From assembly GCF_009914755.1 (NCBI RefSeq), contig NC_060930.1: a DNA stretch of 64,000 bases; one strand, 5' to 3'. This DNA is from the human T2T-CHM13v2.0 reference genome, Homo sapiens. The notes beneath the pieces were generated by a model. That model was given only the letters and a program-made list of their open reading frames with translations, was not told where the DNA came from and did not search any database. Both the position numbers and the translations under genes were made by a program. This document shows positions 1 to 14,059 of the stretch, one piece after another (position 1 is the first letter of the stretch; each line of letters starts with the position of its first letter).

Positions 1-2260
1 CAATAGATGCAGAAAAGGCCTTCAACAAAATTCAACAGCCCTCCATGCTAAAAACTCTCAATAAACTAGGTATTGATGGCACGTATCTCAAAATGATAAG
101 AGCTATTAATGACAAACCCATAGCCAATATCATACTGAATGAGCAAAAACTGGAAGCATTCCCTTTGAAAACTGGCAAAGACAGGGATGCCCTCTCTCAC
201 CACTCCTATTCAACATAGTGTTGGAAGTTCTGGCCAGGGCAATTAGGCAGGAGAAAGAAATAAATGGTATTAAATTAGGAAAAGAGGAAGTCAAATTGTC
301 CCTGTTTGCAGATGACATGATTGTATATTTAGAAAACCCCATCATCTCAGTCCAGAATCTCCTTAAGCTGATAAGCAACTTCAACAAAATCTCAGGATAC
401 AAAATCAATGTGCAAAAATCACAAGCATTCCTATACACCAATAACAGACAAACAGAGAGCCAAATCATGAGTGAACTCCCATTCACAATTGCTTCAAAGA
501 GAATAAAGTACCTAGGAATCCAACTTACAAGGGATGTGAAGGACCTCTTCAAGGAGAACTACAAACCACTGCTCAAGGAAATAAAAGAGGACACAAACAA
601 ATGGAAGAACATTCCATGCTCATGGGTAGGAAGAATCAATATCGTGAAAATGGCCATGCTGCCCAAGGTAATTTATAGATTCAATGCCATCCCCATCAAG
701 CTACAAATGACTTTCTTCACAGAATTGGATAAAACTATTTTAAAGTTCATATGGAACCAAAAAAGAGCCCACATTGCCAAGACAATCCTAAGCAAAAAGA
801 ACAAAGCTGGAGGCGTCACGTCACCTGACTTCGAACCATACTACAAGGCTACAGTAAACAAAACAGCATGGTACTGGTACCAAAACAGAGATATAGACCA
901 ATAGAACAGAACAGAGCCCTCAGAAATAACACCACACATCTACAACCATCTGGTCTTTGACAAACCTGACAAAAGCAAGAAATGAGGAAACGATTCCCTA
1001 TTTAATAAATGGTGCTGGGAAAACTGGCTAGCCACATGTGGAAAGCTGAAACTGGATCCCTTCCTTACACCTTATACAAAAATTAATTCAAGATGGATTA
1101 AAGACTTAAATGTTAGACCTAAAACCATAAAAACCCTAGAAGAAAATCTAGGCAATACCATTCAGGACGTAGGCATGGGCAAGGACTTCATGTCTAAAAC
1201 ACCAAAAGCAATGGCAACAAAAGCCAAAATAGACAAATGGGATCTAGTTAAACGAAAGAGCTTCTGCACAGCAAAAGAAACTACCATCAGAGTGAACAGG
1301 CAACCTACAGAATGGGAGAAAATTTTTGCAATCTACCCATCTGACAAAGGGCTAATATCCAGAATCTACAAAGAACTTAAACAAATTTACAAAAAAAAAA
1401 AAAAATCAAACAACTCCATCAAAAAGTTTGCAAAGGATATGAACAAACACTTCTCAAGAGAAGACATTTATGCAGCCATCAGACACATGGAAACGTGCTC
1501 ATCATCACTGGCCATCAGAGAAATGCAAATCAAAACTACAATGAGATACCATCTCACACCAGTTAGAATGGCCATCATTAAAAAGTCAGGAAACAACAGG
1601 TGCTGGAGAGGATGTGGAGAAATAGGCACACTTTTACACTGTTGGTGGGTCTGTAAGCTAGTTCAACCATTGTGGAAGACAGTGTGGCAATTCCTCAAGG
1701 ATCTAGAACTAGAAACACCATTTGACCCAGAGATCCCATTACTGGGTATATACCCAAAGGATTATAAATCATGCTGCTATAAAGACACATGCACACGTAT
1801 GTTTATTGTGGCACTATTCATAATAGCAAAGACTTGGAATCAACCGAAATGTCCATCAATGATAGACTGGATTAAGAAAATGTGGCACATATACACCACG
1901 GGATACTATGCAGCCATAGAAAAGGATGAGTTCATGTCCTTTTTAGGGACATGGATGAAGCTGGAAACCATCACTCTGAGCAAACTATCACAAGGACAGA
2001 AAACCAGACACTGCATGTTCTCACTTGTAGATGGGAATTGAACAATGAGAACACTTGGACACAGGGTGAGGAACATCACACACCGGGGTCTGTCATGGGG
2101 TGGGGGGAGGCGGAAGGGGGGAGGGATAGCATTAGGAGAAATACCTAATGTAAATGATGAGTTAATGGGCACAGCACACCAACATGGCACATGTATACAT
2201 ATGTAACAAATCTGCATGTTGTGCACATGTACCCTAGAACTTAAAGTATAATTAAAAAAA
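1..2260 (+). mobile_element. LINE-1 (L1PA5/6-like) 3' part: ORF2 RT/C-terminal region, 3'UTR, short A-tail; runs off the window's left edge
   Basis: ORFs 218-904 ([17 protein letters not shown] motif) and 1175-2041 ([16 protein letters not shown]) are ORF2p fragments broken by stops (TAG 902-904); G-rich 3'UTR ends cttaaagtataattaaaaaaa. Confidence 0.97.
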
Positions 2261-3231
2261 TCGTTATGTAATAACAATATTGTTATTGTATATGGAAATA
2301 CAGTCTAAATTGTTAAATGCACATATTGCTTTTAATGGCTGACGCTTCTTTTCCCCTTGAGACTGAATCTGGGTCATTTTCTGGCTTTTTCCACCTTGCC
2401 TTCAGAAGACTTTTTTTTGAGGCACTTGATACAGAAAAAGTTTTGAGAGAGCTTTTTTCTCTCCCTAAGATTTAAGAACATTTCTGACCATTTTACTCAT
2501 ATTGTTTTTAAGTCCAAGCTATAGTTCACCTTTGTTTATGTTAACTTAAGAAATTTTTTAAGACTAATGTTTTTCCAGTTGCAGCCTCTCTCCCACCAAC
2601 CCCAAACCTTACACATTACTTCCCACTCTAGAATTCAGTCTGTAGATTCCAGTTTACTTAAATGTGTCTTTTAATGGCATGTTGGAAAGAGCTCAGGATT
2701 CAGGAGCTGGATTCTTGGGTCAAATCTATTAGTAATTCCACTAGTAAATGTTTATTAGTCACTTACCTCTCTATACCTCATCTGTCAAATGTAGATAATA
2801 TCAATTCTTTCACAGAGCTATCGTGATAAATAAGGTAAAGTCTATTCTAATGCTATGAAAGTAATATGCTAATTTAAGCATTTAAAATGTAATTATCAGC
2901 TGATTGTATTTCTTTCCACTGCCTTTGCCCACTTTGGTTAAAACAATTCAGCAGCCTTTGATGTAGTAGCACAGTGCCGGCCACATCCCAGGTACTCAAA
3001 AATATTAACTTCTCTCCTCCCTCCCTAATAAAAATTTAAAGTGTCAACTTGAGTTTAGAATAAACAGAGATTAATGGTTTTACTAGTTCCCTTAGTACAT
3101 CCCCTGGCTGCAACTGTTTTTCTCCTGGCAGGCAGGTGGATAAATACAGTGTTTGGCTTTAGCTAAGCAGGGTAGTAGCTAGCACATACAGCACCTCAGT
3201 GTAAATATCAAGAGGTCTCATTCTCCCAGCT

Positions 3232-3334
3232 CAGCCCTGCACTAGGGTGCTTGACAGGATTTGGGCATCACTAGCACTTAGATGAGTCCACTTTGTTCAG
3301 TGCACTAACTGCACAACCATAGAAGGCAACCCTG
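3232..3334. mobile_element. Probable MER91-like hAT-Tip100 DNA transposon relic
   Basis: Ends gtgcactaactgcacaaccatagaaggcaaccctg, resembling the MER91 terminus; recognised by eye only. Confidence 0.4.
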
Positions 3335-4639
3335 TAACCACTCAAGAAATGGGAGATTGGAAGTTTCTGTCATTTAGCTATCACTGTCATATCATTCATG
3401 CTGAAAATATTAGCCCAGCTATTTCCAATCATAAGATTTTTCACAGCCTCTTCTCTTCTACATCTGTTGACTTGAAATCATGAGACTCATGTATATTAGA
3501 CTTGTAAGACAAGCTCGTTTGCCTCATCATGGAACTGTATCTTTTAAGATATTTTTCTTTTCATTTTATACTACTACAGCCATCAAAATGGTGCCTTATA
3601 ATTGAGCCAGAATTAGCTGAGATTAACAAGTGTGCTTTTCCTTGATTGTTCTTATAAAAAGCAAAAATATTCCCTCTATTAAAATAACACAAGAATTTGC
3701 AGTGAAGGAACATCACATGGGGACTTCTAATTTACAAACTTCCCACTGAAAATACTAACTCATGTGTCTGTTTGGTCTGTGCCGGGAAAAAAGTTTCTGA
3801 GAGGAAGGAGATATCCATCCAAGCCCTTTAATTACTTCCTCTTGCCCTTCCCCACGTGATCTGAAGTTTCTTGGATCTATGGCAGAGTGAAACATTCCTT
3901 AAATGGTCATATCTCCTTATGGAAAAAGATAGTTGCTATAGGAGCAGCAGGAATGAATGTGATTCCACCACAAGGCTTACCTTTTTCAAGGATTCACCAT
4001 AAGCCAAGCAGGAAATCTAGGTTGAATAGACAGGAGATGTGGACTCTTAGTGCTGATGATGTATGCTAGATGAAGGGTAGGCAGGTGTGCAGATATTCCC
4101 AAACATGGATAGCTCCTTTTGAGCATGCCCTGGGGACGTGGAGACAACACAGCCACTGTCTGAGTCTCCACAATTCCTTCTTCCGATGTTCTAAGGAACA
4201 ACAGCAGAAGCACAAATGGTCCCCAAACCTCTGCGTAGAGACACTGCATGGAGTGGTTAGGGTCACAGACTAACCTGCAAAAACTTGGCATTTCAGTTAC
4301 TTTTGGGTAAAGCAGTCTTTACAGGGTGTGCTGGGGCAACTTAACCACAATTTATAGCATTGTTTCTATGGGAAAACATGCTGTACATTTCAAAAGCTAG
4401 TTTATGAGTGGATTTCAGAGCCCAGCACAGGTGTAGATCAGAATTTATTTTTAAAAATAATTCCCATTCACGGTGGAATTAAATAAACACTTAAATATGA
4501 TTACAAACTCTCTTACTATTCCTTACACATTTTGTCTGTCAAACTTGTTTTTAGACATAAGTTTAACCAAAAATGCTAACTTTTGGTTCTCAGCACTTTC
4601 CTTCTAATTAATATGAGTTAATATTTGCATTGATAATTT

Positions 4640-4860
4640 ACAGTATTTTAGTTCATGGAGCCCTTTGACATATTTGAAGTCTTCACAATAACAGCGAGAA
4701 CTGAGTGACTGTTGTTTTTTCCCATGTCGTAAGTGAGGAAACTGAGGCTCAATGAGTTTGGCTTACTTGGGTTAAAATAGGATTAAGCGAATAGAACTGG
4801 AAGTCATCCCAGGCCTGATGGCAAATGCCATGAGGCTCTTTCCGCAACATCCCACTGTAT
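4640..4860. mobile_element. MIR SINE relic
   Basis: MIR core-like gtgaggaaactgaggctcaatgagtttggcttacttg. Confidence 0.6.
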
Positions 4861-5664
4861 TGTAAAAACCTTCTGATCATGACAGAGCGAGAGAAATCAA
4901 ATCGTGCTGTCTCACTAAAGGAAAGTCCTTGATGACTTTTTCCAACCGGGAGACTGTTAGCAGGTTGCTTCATTAACTAACTGGAAGCCTTCCCCATTCC
5001 TTATAATCAAAACTTGGCTCACTCTTGCACCACATCCTTCCCTTTGCAATCAGCAGCGTGCCTTTGATGCAGACCTTGGGCGTTTTCTGAAAGCAGAAGT
5101 GTGTTTTTGATAATGAACTATTCAAAACAGCATTTAAACAAAGAACTTTGGGTTTTTAAACAGAGTCTTAAAGCCATTTACTTCCCTTTGAGCAATATCC
5201 ACATCCTTCTACAGTTACCAATAGACAAAGAAAATAGAAACATTTGCCTTCAGCAAATGTACTAAGAGGTCGCCCACAGACATAGATCCCAGTGTGGAAA
5301 CCAATTGAAACAAAACAGACTAGAGTAAATGGATCAGTAGGGACACTGAGTCTTATTAGCATGGTTTTGTTTTAGTCCTGAATCTAGTGTTTATTTCATG
5401 AGTAATCAATTGCTTTTTAAGAAATGTTCAAGAAAGGAGAATCTATAAGCAATTATAATATCCTATTCCATTATTTAACATTATTTAATATTACCATCAA
5501 CAAGCTCTTTTTCATTGTATTTATATTTCTACAAATAAAACCATATTTCTCAATCTTTTTATCTATGAGACTACAAGATTAGAAATTCAGAATTCCTCTT
5601 TAAATAAATACTTGATATTCCTTTTTTTAAATGTGAGAACTTTTTATTATCCTCCCTTCATCTT

Positions 5665-6125
5665 CATTGACTGTTGTCTAGCACATAGCAGACATTTGAT
5701 AAATAGCTTTTGATGGAATGAATGTTGAAATTACTTATTAATTCAGTAAGTATTTATTCATATCATACTATCAGTTCATACTACAAGAGATATTGGAGTC
5801 AGAAAAAACAATAAGGAAGTTATTGTTACAGAAGCCCTGACAAAGTGGTGACAATGATAGCCAATGAAGGAAAGAGATATTGCAAAAGCAGAATTAGCTT
5901 GACAATGGACTCTAGGGCCTAAAAAAGAGGGAGCAATCTAAGATAATCAATCTTTTTGAGCTTCAGTGACCGTGATAGGGAGAAGTGTTAGGTTAGGAAA
6001 CAGGATGAGAAGCAGCTTTTATGATGAAGAGATAATTATTTTTCAGACCCTTTAAGTTTGAGGTACTAGTGGGACATCCAGGTGAAAGTCTGGCAGTGGA
6101 CTCTAAATGTGAAAGCGGAGCTCAG
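5665..6125. mobile_element. L2 fragments (both orientations)
   Basis: L2 3' end tgtctagcacatagcagacatttgataaat...gaatgaat; L2-like aagtttgaggtactagtgggacatccaggtgaaagtc. Confidence 0.5.
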
Positions 6126-6590
6126 GGAAGGAGGCAGAGTGAGGCAATGATGTGGTGAGGCCTATCTTTGCTGAGGTGTCTGCAATCCTGAAATTGCATA
6201 AGATGGCCGTGGGAAAGAGCACAGAGGGAAGAGAGGTAGTGACACTGATGCTGCAGGGCAGAAGGAGGGAGGAGGGCCAGGGAAGGAGCAATCTGAGAGG
6301 CAGGAGGAGAAGCAGCAGAGCTGAGAGGGGTGGAAGCCAGAGGGAGACAAGCATGCCCAGGAGTTGCTAGGCAGCCAGCTGACAGGCAAGTGAGTGAGAA
6401 AATGCCACTGGGAAGGAGACCCAGGTGGCCTCTGCAGAGCCGTTTCAGGAGATGATGGAAGCTAAAGGAGAAGCAAGAAAATCGAAGGTGAGGAGGTGAA
6501 AGGACCATGTGTAGACTCGGCTCTTGAATTGTTCAGAGGTTCCTGGAAAGAGCTGAGGCCTGTCTCAAAGATATTATTACAGAATCCTGA

Positions 6591-6926
<336 letters not shown>

Positions 6927-7656
6927 TTTCTCTAACCTTTTTGAAAAGTCTTTTATAATCCCTTTAAATCTCCCTTTCTTCCATTCTGTGTCTGGGCAAT
7001 TGCCACATTTGCTATTCTTTTCCTGTGGTATTTCTAAAGTTCCTTTCTTCCTCCTCAAGATATTTTTCTGTAGTTATTATTTCCTCCCTTGAATATTGCA
7101 ACATTTTGAATATTGAACATTTTATCTACTATTTTCTTCTGCTCTGGACTATTTCCTGTGACTATCTGCTTACCTCTTTGGAGATGGATTCCACTTACAA
7201 CTATACCCCTATTTAAGTCTGGTTGGTTTGTATACTAAATCTTTTTAGCCCTTCACAGTTTAGCCTAAAAGCTCTAAAAGGTGATAAAATTTATTATTGA
7301 CCCTTCTAGTTGTTGCATTTGCTTTCTAGACTTTACAGAACCAGCATAATTGATATTTACTAGGAATAAAGTTTAGGCAAATATAACCTTACAGATGCAA
7401 GTAGTAAGCTTTGTGGCATTGCACATTTTCTAAATCAGCTAACTTTATCTCCTTAAGAATTGTTTGTAGACAAATAATACCACAAAGTAATATTATCTAG
7501 TTTTTAGTGTAATTTTTATCCATTCTTTAATAAAAGAATAAATAGCAAACATGCCATTTTGGAAAATAGAAATGTGACAGTCTATTAGTATTGAGCTTTG
7601 TAGCATATAATTTCGCTTCTTTAAAAGATACGTGTAATGCACTCTTTACATCCTTT

Positions 7657-8076
7657 CACATCTTTTCATCCTTCACTGACACCTTTGTCCATGTCACCAA
7701 TCTCATTGGCAAGAAAATCATCTGCAGCATGACTGGTGGGATGAAGGCAAAGGCTGACCAAGACGAATCCTTGCCATGAGTCACCATGTTGGCTGCCCAG
7801 GATGTGGCCCAGAGGTGCAACGAGCTGGGCATCACTGCCCTACAAATCAAACTCCAGGGCGCAGGAGGAAATAGGACCAAAACTCCTGGACCTGGGGCCC
7901 AGACAGCCCTCAGAGTCCCTGCCTGCTTGGGTATGAAGATCGGGCAAATTGAGGATGTCACCCCCAACCCCTCTGACAGCACTTGCAGCAAGGGGGGTCA
8001 CCATGGTCACCATCAGTGAACAGGACTCCTCAGATTATTGTTTTCTGTTAATAAATGGCCTTTATGTAAACTAAAA
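7657..8076 (+). pseudogene. 5'-truncated processed pseudogene of ribosomal protein S14 (uS11)
   Basis: [38 protein letters not shown], in-frame TGA 7777-7779, then [23 protein letters not shown]...[13 protein letters not shown]...[12 protein letters not shown]; intronless; stop 8017-8019; AATAAA 8050-8055. Confidence 0.95.
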
Positions 8077-9549
8077 GAGGGAAGCATTGCGTATTATAGT
8101 ACCAGGAAGATTGGGATTAGTATTTCTGCTACTGAAGTAGTTAGCACTTTGATTTTCTCTTCTTTAAAAGGAATATTTGAATTTTGTTTTTAAATAGTAA
8201 CTTTGATTACTATTTTGTCTTTTGTAAGCACCCATGATTTTTCTTCAGTTTTTGGCCAATTTGACCAAGACACAGATAATGATGATTAGACATAGACAAC
8301 CTTGAAATATTAAAACTATGATACAGATAGTGAATACAGTATCTTAATAAGTACAAAAATGGCTAGATTGTACAAAGAATGCCTGGATTATGCCCATATT
8401 ATGTACATTCAGAAGTCTTTTGTAAATTTTTTCTCTGGGGAAAATTTCACAAAAGCACCCTCTTTCTACTTTGGATTAGCACTTAACAATTGTAAATGTT
8501 GATCCTTCACTTGTAAAGAGTGAAAAATCTTCCTTACTTTTCCACCTCTGGAAATAGAAAAATGTTTTTTTAAAAATCAGCTGCAGAATATATTCCAAGC
8601 TAGTTAAAGATACAAGATTTTCTGAAGAGTAACTTGCAGCCAGGGTTATCATTGGTTCATAGTTTACTCTTAGCATAAGCTAATGAATTTGAAATAAACC
8701 TGGCCCAAACATGTTAGGAGACAAAGCTCTATTATAACCCAACTCTAAGCTATCATTTATTCACTGGGAAAAAAAAAAAACTCAGGAAGAAGCCTGCCAA
8801 CAAACCAGATGTCACCATCAGTAGACAATTATGTTCCACAGCTTGGCACCTGGGGCCCACAGTCATAATCCAAGAAGGAGGAGAAATAAAAAGTAGAACA
8901 TTCTGGCAGACTCCAGACTGAAAGATTCCAAATGGCTCATGGAGAAAATGGAGGCTAAAGAGCTGCTTCTTTAATTCTCAGGAAGGAGACCCCAGAACTG
9001 AAACATGATCACTCTACCTATTGAGGATGTCATGATCCTGACAGATATAGCAGAGTCTACAAGGGCCTGGAGTGCTCCCAGGGGCTGGCTTTGGGAGCTG
9101 GCATGGCAGCATTTGTACACTGGAAGATTTACCATGTCACAGAGACGATCTCGTCTTTTGGGATAAATTACCAACCGAACTGAAAACGTTTCCTTCTTTG
9201 GCAAATTTTAAGGATTGAAAAGGACTTAGGATTTAGAGGTGATCTCGGTGAAATACTGTCCAGAATGTACTGGACTGAACTGCATAAAATAACTTTTCAA
9301 AATCTGCCTTATTCCATAATTAATCTATGATTAAGAAACTGTAGATTTACATGGAGAATCTCATCAAGGCCTCCTTTTTCTCAGCTGAGAAAAAAATGAA
9401 CTCCCTCTTTTGAAATGCATTTCAATAGAAAGTAGACACTTTGCAATCCTCAGATGGTTCCAACATGAAGAGCCTAATATATGTGTTCAACTTTTATGTA
9501 ATCTAGGAATTAAGGACATAAATGAAAGTTGAAATAATCAACTTTTATT

Positions 9550-9981
9550 TTTATTTTTATTTTTTTCTTTTTTTAATTATACTTTAAGTTCTAGGGTGCA
9601 TGTGCACAACGTGCAGGGTTGTTACATATGTATACATGCGCCATGTTGGTGTGCTGCACCCATTAACTCGTCATTTACATTGGGCATATCTCCTAATGCT
9701 ATCCCTCCCCCCTCCCCCGACCCCACAACAGGCCCCAATGTGTGATGTTCCCCTTCCTGTGTCCAAGTGTTCTCATTGTTCAATTCCCACCTATGAGTGA
9801 GAACATGCGGTGTTTGGTTTTTTGTCCTTGTGACAGTTTGCTGAGAATGATGGTTTCCAGCTTCATCCATGTCCCTAAAAAGGACAGGAACTCATCCTTT
9901 TTAATGGCTGCATAGTATCCCACGGTGTATATGTGCCACATTTTCTTAATGCAGTCTATCATTGATGGACATTTGGGTTGG
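9550..9981 (-). mobile_element. 5'-truncated L1PA4/5-like element (~430 bp) with TSD
   Basis: L1 ORF2 end plus 3'UTR and T-rich tail; TSD gaaataa(t/c)caacttttatt at 9531-9549 and 9982-10000. Confidence 0.95.
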
Positions 9982-12169
9982 GAAATAACCAACTTTTATT
10001 AAAAGTTTTCTGAACATTTCTTTATATATAAAGATTCCACTTAAATGGAAACTGCCCGTGTTCAGACAAAAATAAAATGTCTACATTAGATTTATTGGTT
10101 CAGCCTGTAACTAAACAAAACAACTAAAATATTGGTTAAGTGGAGACCGCTTTTTCCATTTTTCTCTGCCTTTATAAATCACCAAATCCTGCATAAAGCA
10201 AAAGAGATTGTAACTGAATTTAAAGATTATGTTTATTGTTATGTTTAAAGATTATGTTTATGTGTGTATGGTTATCACATATGTCCATGGTTGAAACTGA
10301 TTTTTATAAAATTGAGGAAATATTTTTATTAGTTTTGAATAGTTATTAATGTTTTGTTTGGATAGAGCTAACTGGCCCACTTAAATTAGTCTATGAATCC
10401 ACAAATAATTCTTCTCCACAAACAAACCTTACCAAATATCTTAAACTATATATACTACATTTGGGGCAAAGGGCAAGACTCTTCTTTATGTATGATAACT
10501 ATAGTGCCAATTAGCTAGTTAATTAATATATGTTAAGTGATATAAATAAATTACATGTATAATTTATTACATAACACATTTTTAATTATACATTAATATT
10601 TGCCTAAACTTGGAGTTCCAGAGTCTATCTTTTAGACTTTCAATAGTTTTGATCATTCTTTCATGATGAGGTAGCACATTAATTGCTTCTGGAAATGTGA
10701 TGCTTTTAATGTAGTGGTTTTCGAATGTTTTGCTTTGGGAATCATTTTATTAAAGGTTAAAAACAAAACAATGAGCACATGTCCCACTGCCACCACCAAC
10801 TCCTACTTCCTCTGCCTTTGGCCCTTCTTACCAAAACTCTCTGTGGACATTATCAGAAAGAGCTTTGCTATGTATTTAAATGATACACATGAATAATGGC
10901 ATTCTAGTTTGCCTCTGATGTGAACAAACAGTACTATTCTCTGACGGTTATAAATGTTAGTGCTACCAGCCCGTGTGTCACTCTTGATCGATGGGAAATT
11001 GTTTTCCTAGTGACAGGAAACAACAAGCTGAGAATCAGAAGTGGTCTCTGGCCATGCCACCCTGAGTGGGCAAAATCTCGTTGGAGAATCAGAAGTCCCC
11101 AATTCTATTGCAGGATTTGCATGATCGGATAGATAGCCTCTCTGCATCTGAGTTCCCTCAGTTGTCACGAATCATTGTTATTTCTGTCTCTGGTTCTCGT
11201 CACAGAGATAATAAATTCCATTCTGAGGGCTGTGGAGAGCTACGACCCTTCCGCAGACCTGTGTAAATTGAGAAGGCATAAGCGGCAAGCCACAAAGCAG
11301 TCCCTTTGTCTTGCTGCTGAAGCTTCCACACTCCCACACTCTCTCTGACACCTGTCTATCCTATTTCTAAAGTGGCAGGGAAAATGCCTGGAGTTAAGGG
11401 CCACACTCATTGCCAGCTCCAGCGGAATAACTTGGAACGGATGGAAAAATAAAGAAGTGATTTCTCTCTTCCTCAGCTCTCACAGGAGGTCTATGGTACT
11501 TTCTCAAGGTCAAGGAAAGAACTGAAGTGGGTGGAGAATTTCTGCAGAACACTTCAAGGCCCTTTGAAAACTGAAAGGGACATACTTTTATAATAGTACA
11601 TGCCATATTGTAAACTCCTCTGCAAAGTTTCTTGACAGAAATAATGACTTTGATTGCTATAGCTCAGATAAATTATCAAGACACAGTAGGAAAAAGGGTA
11701 AAATAAAAGAGAAAAATACTTCATCATTGATGTCAGCTTTTAGAAAATTATTGTATATAATATTTGATTTAAGGAATATCTACTCTTAGTTTGAGGATCC
11801 CTGGTGAATTTCTTCCTATAATTTATAATCCAAACTGATACTTGCAGTTCTGCTTCTATATAGCCCAACATATTTTAGTAGGAAAGGGGAAATCCAAAGG
11901 AAAGTTTGGATAGCACTATATGCTCCAATGTTTCCTGGCATTGGGAAGGAGATTTTCTCAATTTTTCAGCTTCTTACCCTGCAGAATGGAAGCAATTAGT
12001 TAGGATAAATGCAGGGAATTCTCCATAGCATTCCCTGCTATGTAGAAAGAAGTAGAAATCAAGAGATCTGGGTCTGCTTCCAGCTCATTACTAACCATCT
12101 GTATGCCATTGGGAAAGTCATATAACCTCCCCAGATTCTAATGTATTACTCTATAAAATAAAATAAGTG

Positions 12170-12400
12170 GCTTATTTATTCATTTGAAAACATTTGTTAA
12201 GCACTCAGTAGACTGTGGCACTGTGCTAGGCTCTGGAAATAAAAAGCCAAATAAGATGCTGTCCTTGCCTTCACAGAGCATGCAGCCAAGAAGGAAGGGA
12301 CAGAAGCATAAACAAGTGCAGGAAAGGGTAGATGCTGTCATGGGAAAGTTGAAGAGACCCAGGACAAGCAAAGGAGGCATATTGGTTGGAGTGGGCAGAA
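12170..12400 (-). mobile_element. L2 3' fragment
   Basis: tttattcatttgaaaacatttgttaagcac...ggcactgtgctaggctctgg. Confidence 0.6.
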
Positions 12401-12660
12401 AGTAATTTCTAAGGTTTGTGAGTCTAAAGTCAGGGCTTAAAAAAAAAAGAATTTGTCAAGAGGACCTCAGAAGAACAGTGAGTTGGAGGAATTTCCAACC
12501 ACTGTTCCATTCCAAACCAAAGGAATTTCCAAGAACAAGAATCAGTAGATGAAAAACACAGGGGTATAGAACAGTCTGGCGTGATAGGAAAACCACAGGG
12601 TTCAGGGTGGACAGAGAAGTTAGGAGCCAGATGGTGGAGCATACTAAGGAGTTTGGCACA

Positions 12661-12804
12661 GGTATGACCTTTAGTACATAGGCATGAACTTTAGTCTATG
12701 GCATAAGCTTTAATCTATGGCCATAACCTTTAGTCTCTGGGCATAGACTAGAGGCATGGCCTTTAATGTAAGAGGGTAACCTTTAGTCTGTGGGCATGAC
12801 CTTT
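12661..12804. repeat. Degenerate ~20-bp minisatellite, ~7-8 units, consensus GGCATGACCTTTAGTCTATG
   Basis: Units ggtatgacctttagtacata / ggcatgaactttagtctat / ggcataagctttaatctatg / gccataacctttagtctctg / partial / ggcatggcctttaatgtaaga / gggtaacctttagtctgtg / ggcatgaccttt. Confidence 0.85.
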
Positions 12805-13109
12805 CGACGTGGTCAAGCAGAGCAGATTTATATGATCACTCTTGCAAAAAATATGGAGGATACTGAAAGGGAGAATTAAAAGGGGGCATTGTCTTACCTT
12901 ATCCACGAACCCTTCTAGGAGAAGCTGCCCCACCCACTGCCCCTGCTGAAAGCAAATGAGCTATATTATCTACCATGTGACATTACCCTTCACTACACAT
13001 GATTGGGTCAGGTACAGGTACCTAATGCAAGCATGGCAAACCTTAGCTCTGGATGAAGTGACTTAAAAAGATGAGCTATATTCAGAGTCCACTTGGGCAA
13101 AACTCAGAG

Positions 13110-13700
13110 AGCAGTATCATGAGTATTGATAAGGATCTAGAGAAATGGGAACCGTCAGGCACTGCGGGTAGAAATGTAAATTGGTAAGCCATTCTGGAGA
13201 TTGAGTTGGCTATATTTAGTATAATTAATTATGCATATATCCAGCAATCCAATCTTGTTTCTGTTTATGTAAAGCAGAATATGAATGTGACTAATTGTGA
13301 CATTCTCCCTTAACAAGTCCATAAATGGACACATACAAGGTTGTTTGTTGCAGTATTGTTTTGAGAACAGGGAATTGGAGGCCACACAGACATCTATCAC
13401 TATGAGAAAGATAAGTAAAATATGATGGATGCATACACCAAAAGAACCGTAGCAAGCAGAACTAGATGTGTACAGAGAAACATGAAGTGTAAAAACAGTG
13501 TTGAGTAAAAAAGTAAATAGAGCTATAATATAACATCATTTAAATAGATTTTAAATGGAGACCTACACAAAGCAACACTATATATTTTTCAGAGTCATAT
13601 ACTAGCCAAGGATATATATCACACATATGAGAGTCAATGCTTTTGATGGAAATGGAAGTGGGAAAGAGTCAGGATAAGACAGAAAAAAAAAACAAATAAT
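13110..13700 (+). mobile_element. Old L1ME-type 3' relic
   Basis: gagaaatgggaaccgtcaggcactgcgggtagaaatgtaaattggtaagccattctggaga resembles the L1M ORF2 end. Confidence 0.55.
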
Positions 13701-14059
13701 TAATATGGCCTTGTATAAACAAATTATAGTGTGTCTGAGTAGAATGAATGCAATTCCATACACTTGTGGTCAGGAAGGAAAATTAAAATGTGAGTTTACA
13801 GAGCCATATTCTCTCTTTAAAAACTAAGAAACAAGGCAAAAGTTTGCATTTCTAATGAGTTAGAAAGGGGTGTGGCTAAGTCACATTTATGATAAGATAT
13901 CAGGATGAAGATCTGCAAATTTGCAAATTCTTCCTTCTAGTCTGCTGAACCTTTTTAAATGCAGAAACACCCTTTAGCGCCCATTTTCTTGAAGTCCAAC
14001 CATTTTGTAGCTTTTGACTAGTTCTCTGTTCCTGCACTCAAAGGAATCGATATTTAAAA

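Noticed and set aside
218-2041. Reverse-transcriptase ORFs as a functional or novel RT system
   Set aside because: Ordinary L1 ORF2 pieces with stops; the same applies to 61369-62537.
6103-6508. Leu-rich, signal-peptide-like ORFs
   Set aside because: Purine-skewed low-complexity sequence beside an L2 relic; no homology or clear exon structure.
7627-8093. Loose inverted similarity flanking the RPS14 copy (atacgtgtaatgcactcttt vs aaagagggaagcattgcgtat)
   Set aside because: Short and gapped; compatible with chance. No convincing TSD beyond taaaaga.
12661-12804. CRISPR-like array
   Set aside because: Head-to-tail units without unique spacers, in mammalian DNA; it is a minisatellite.
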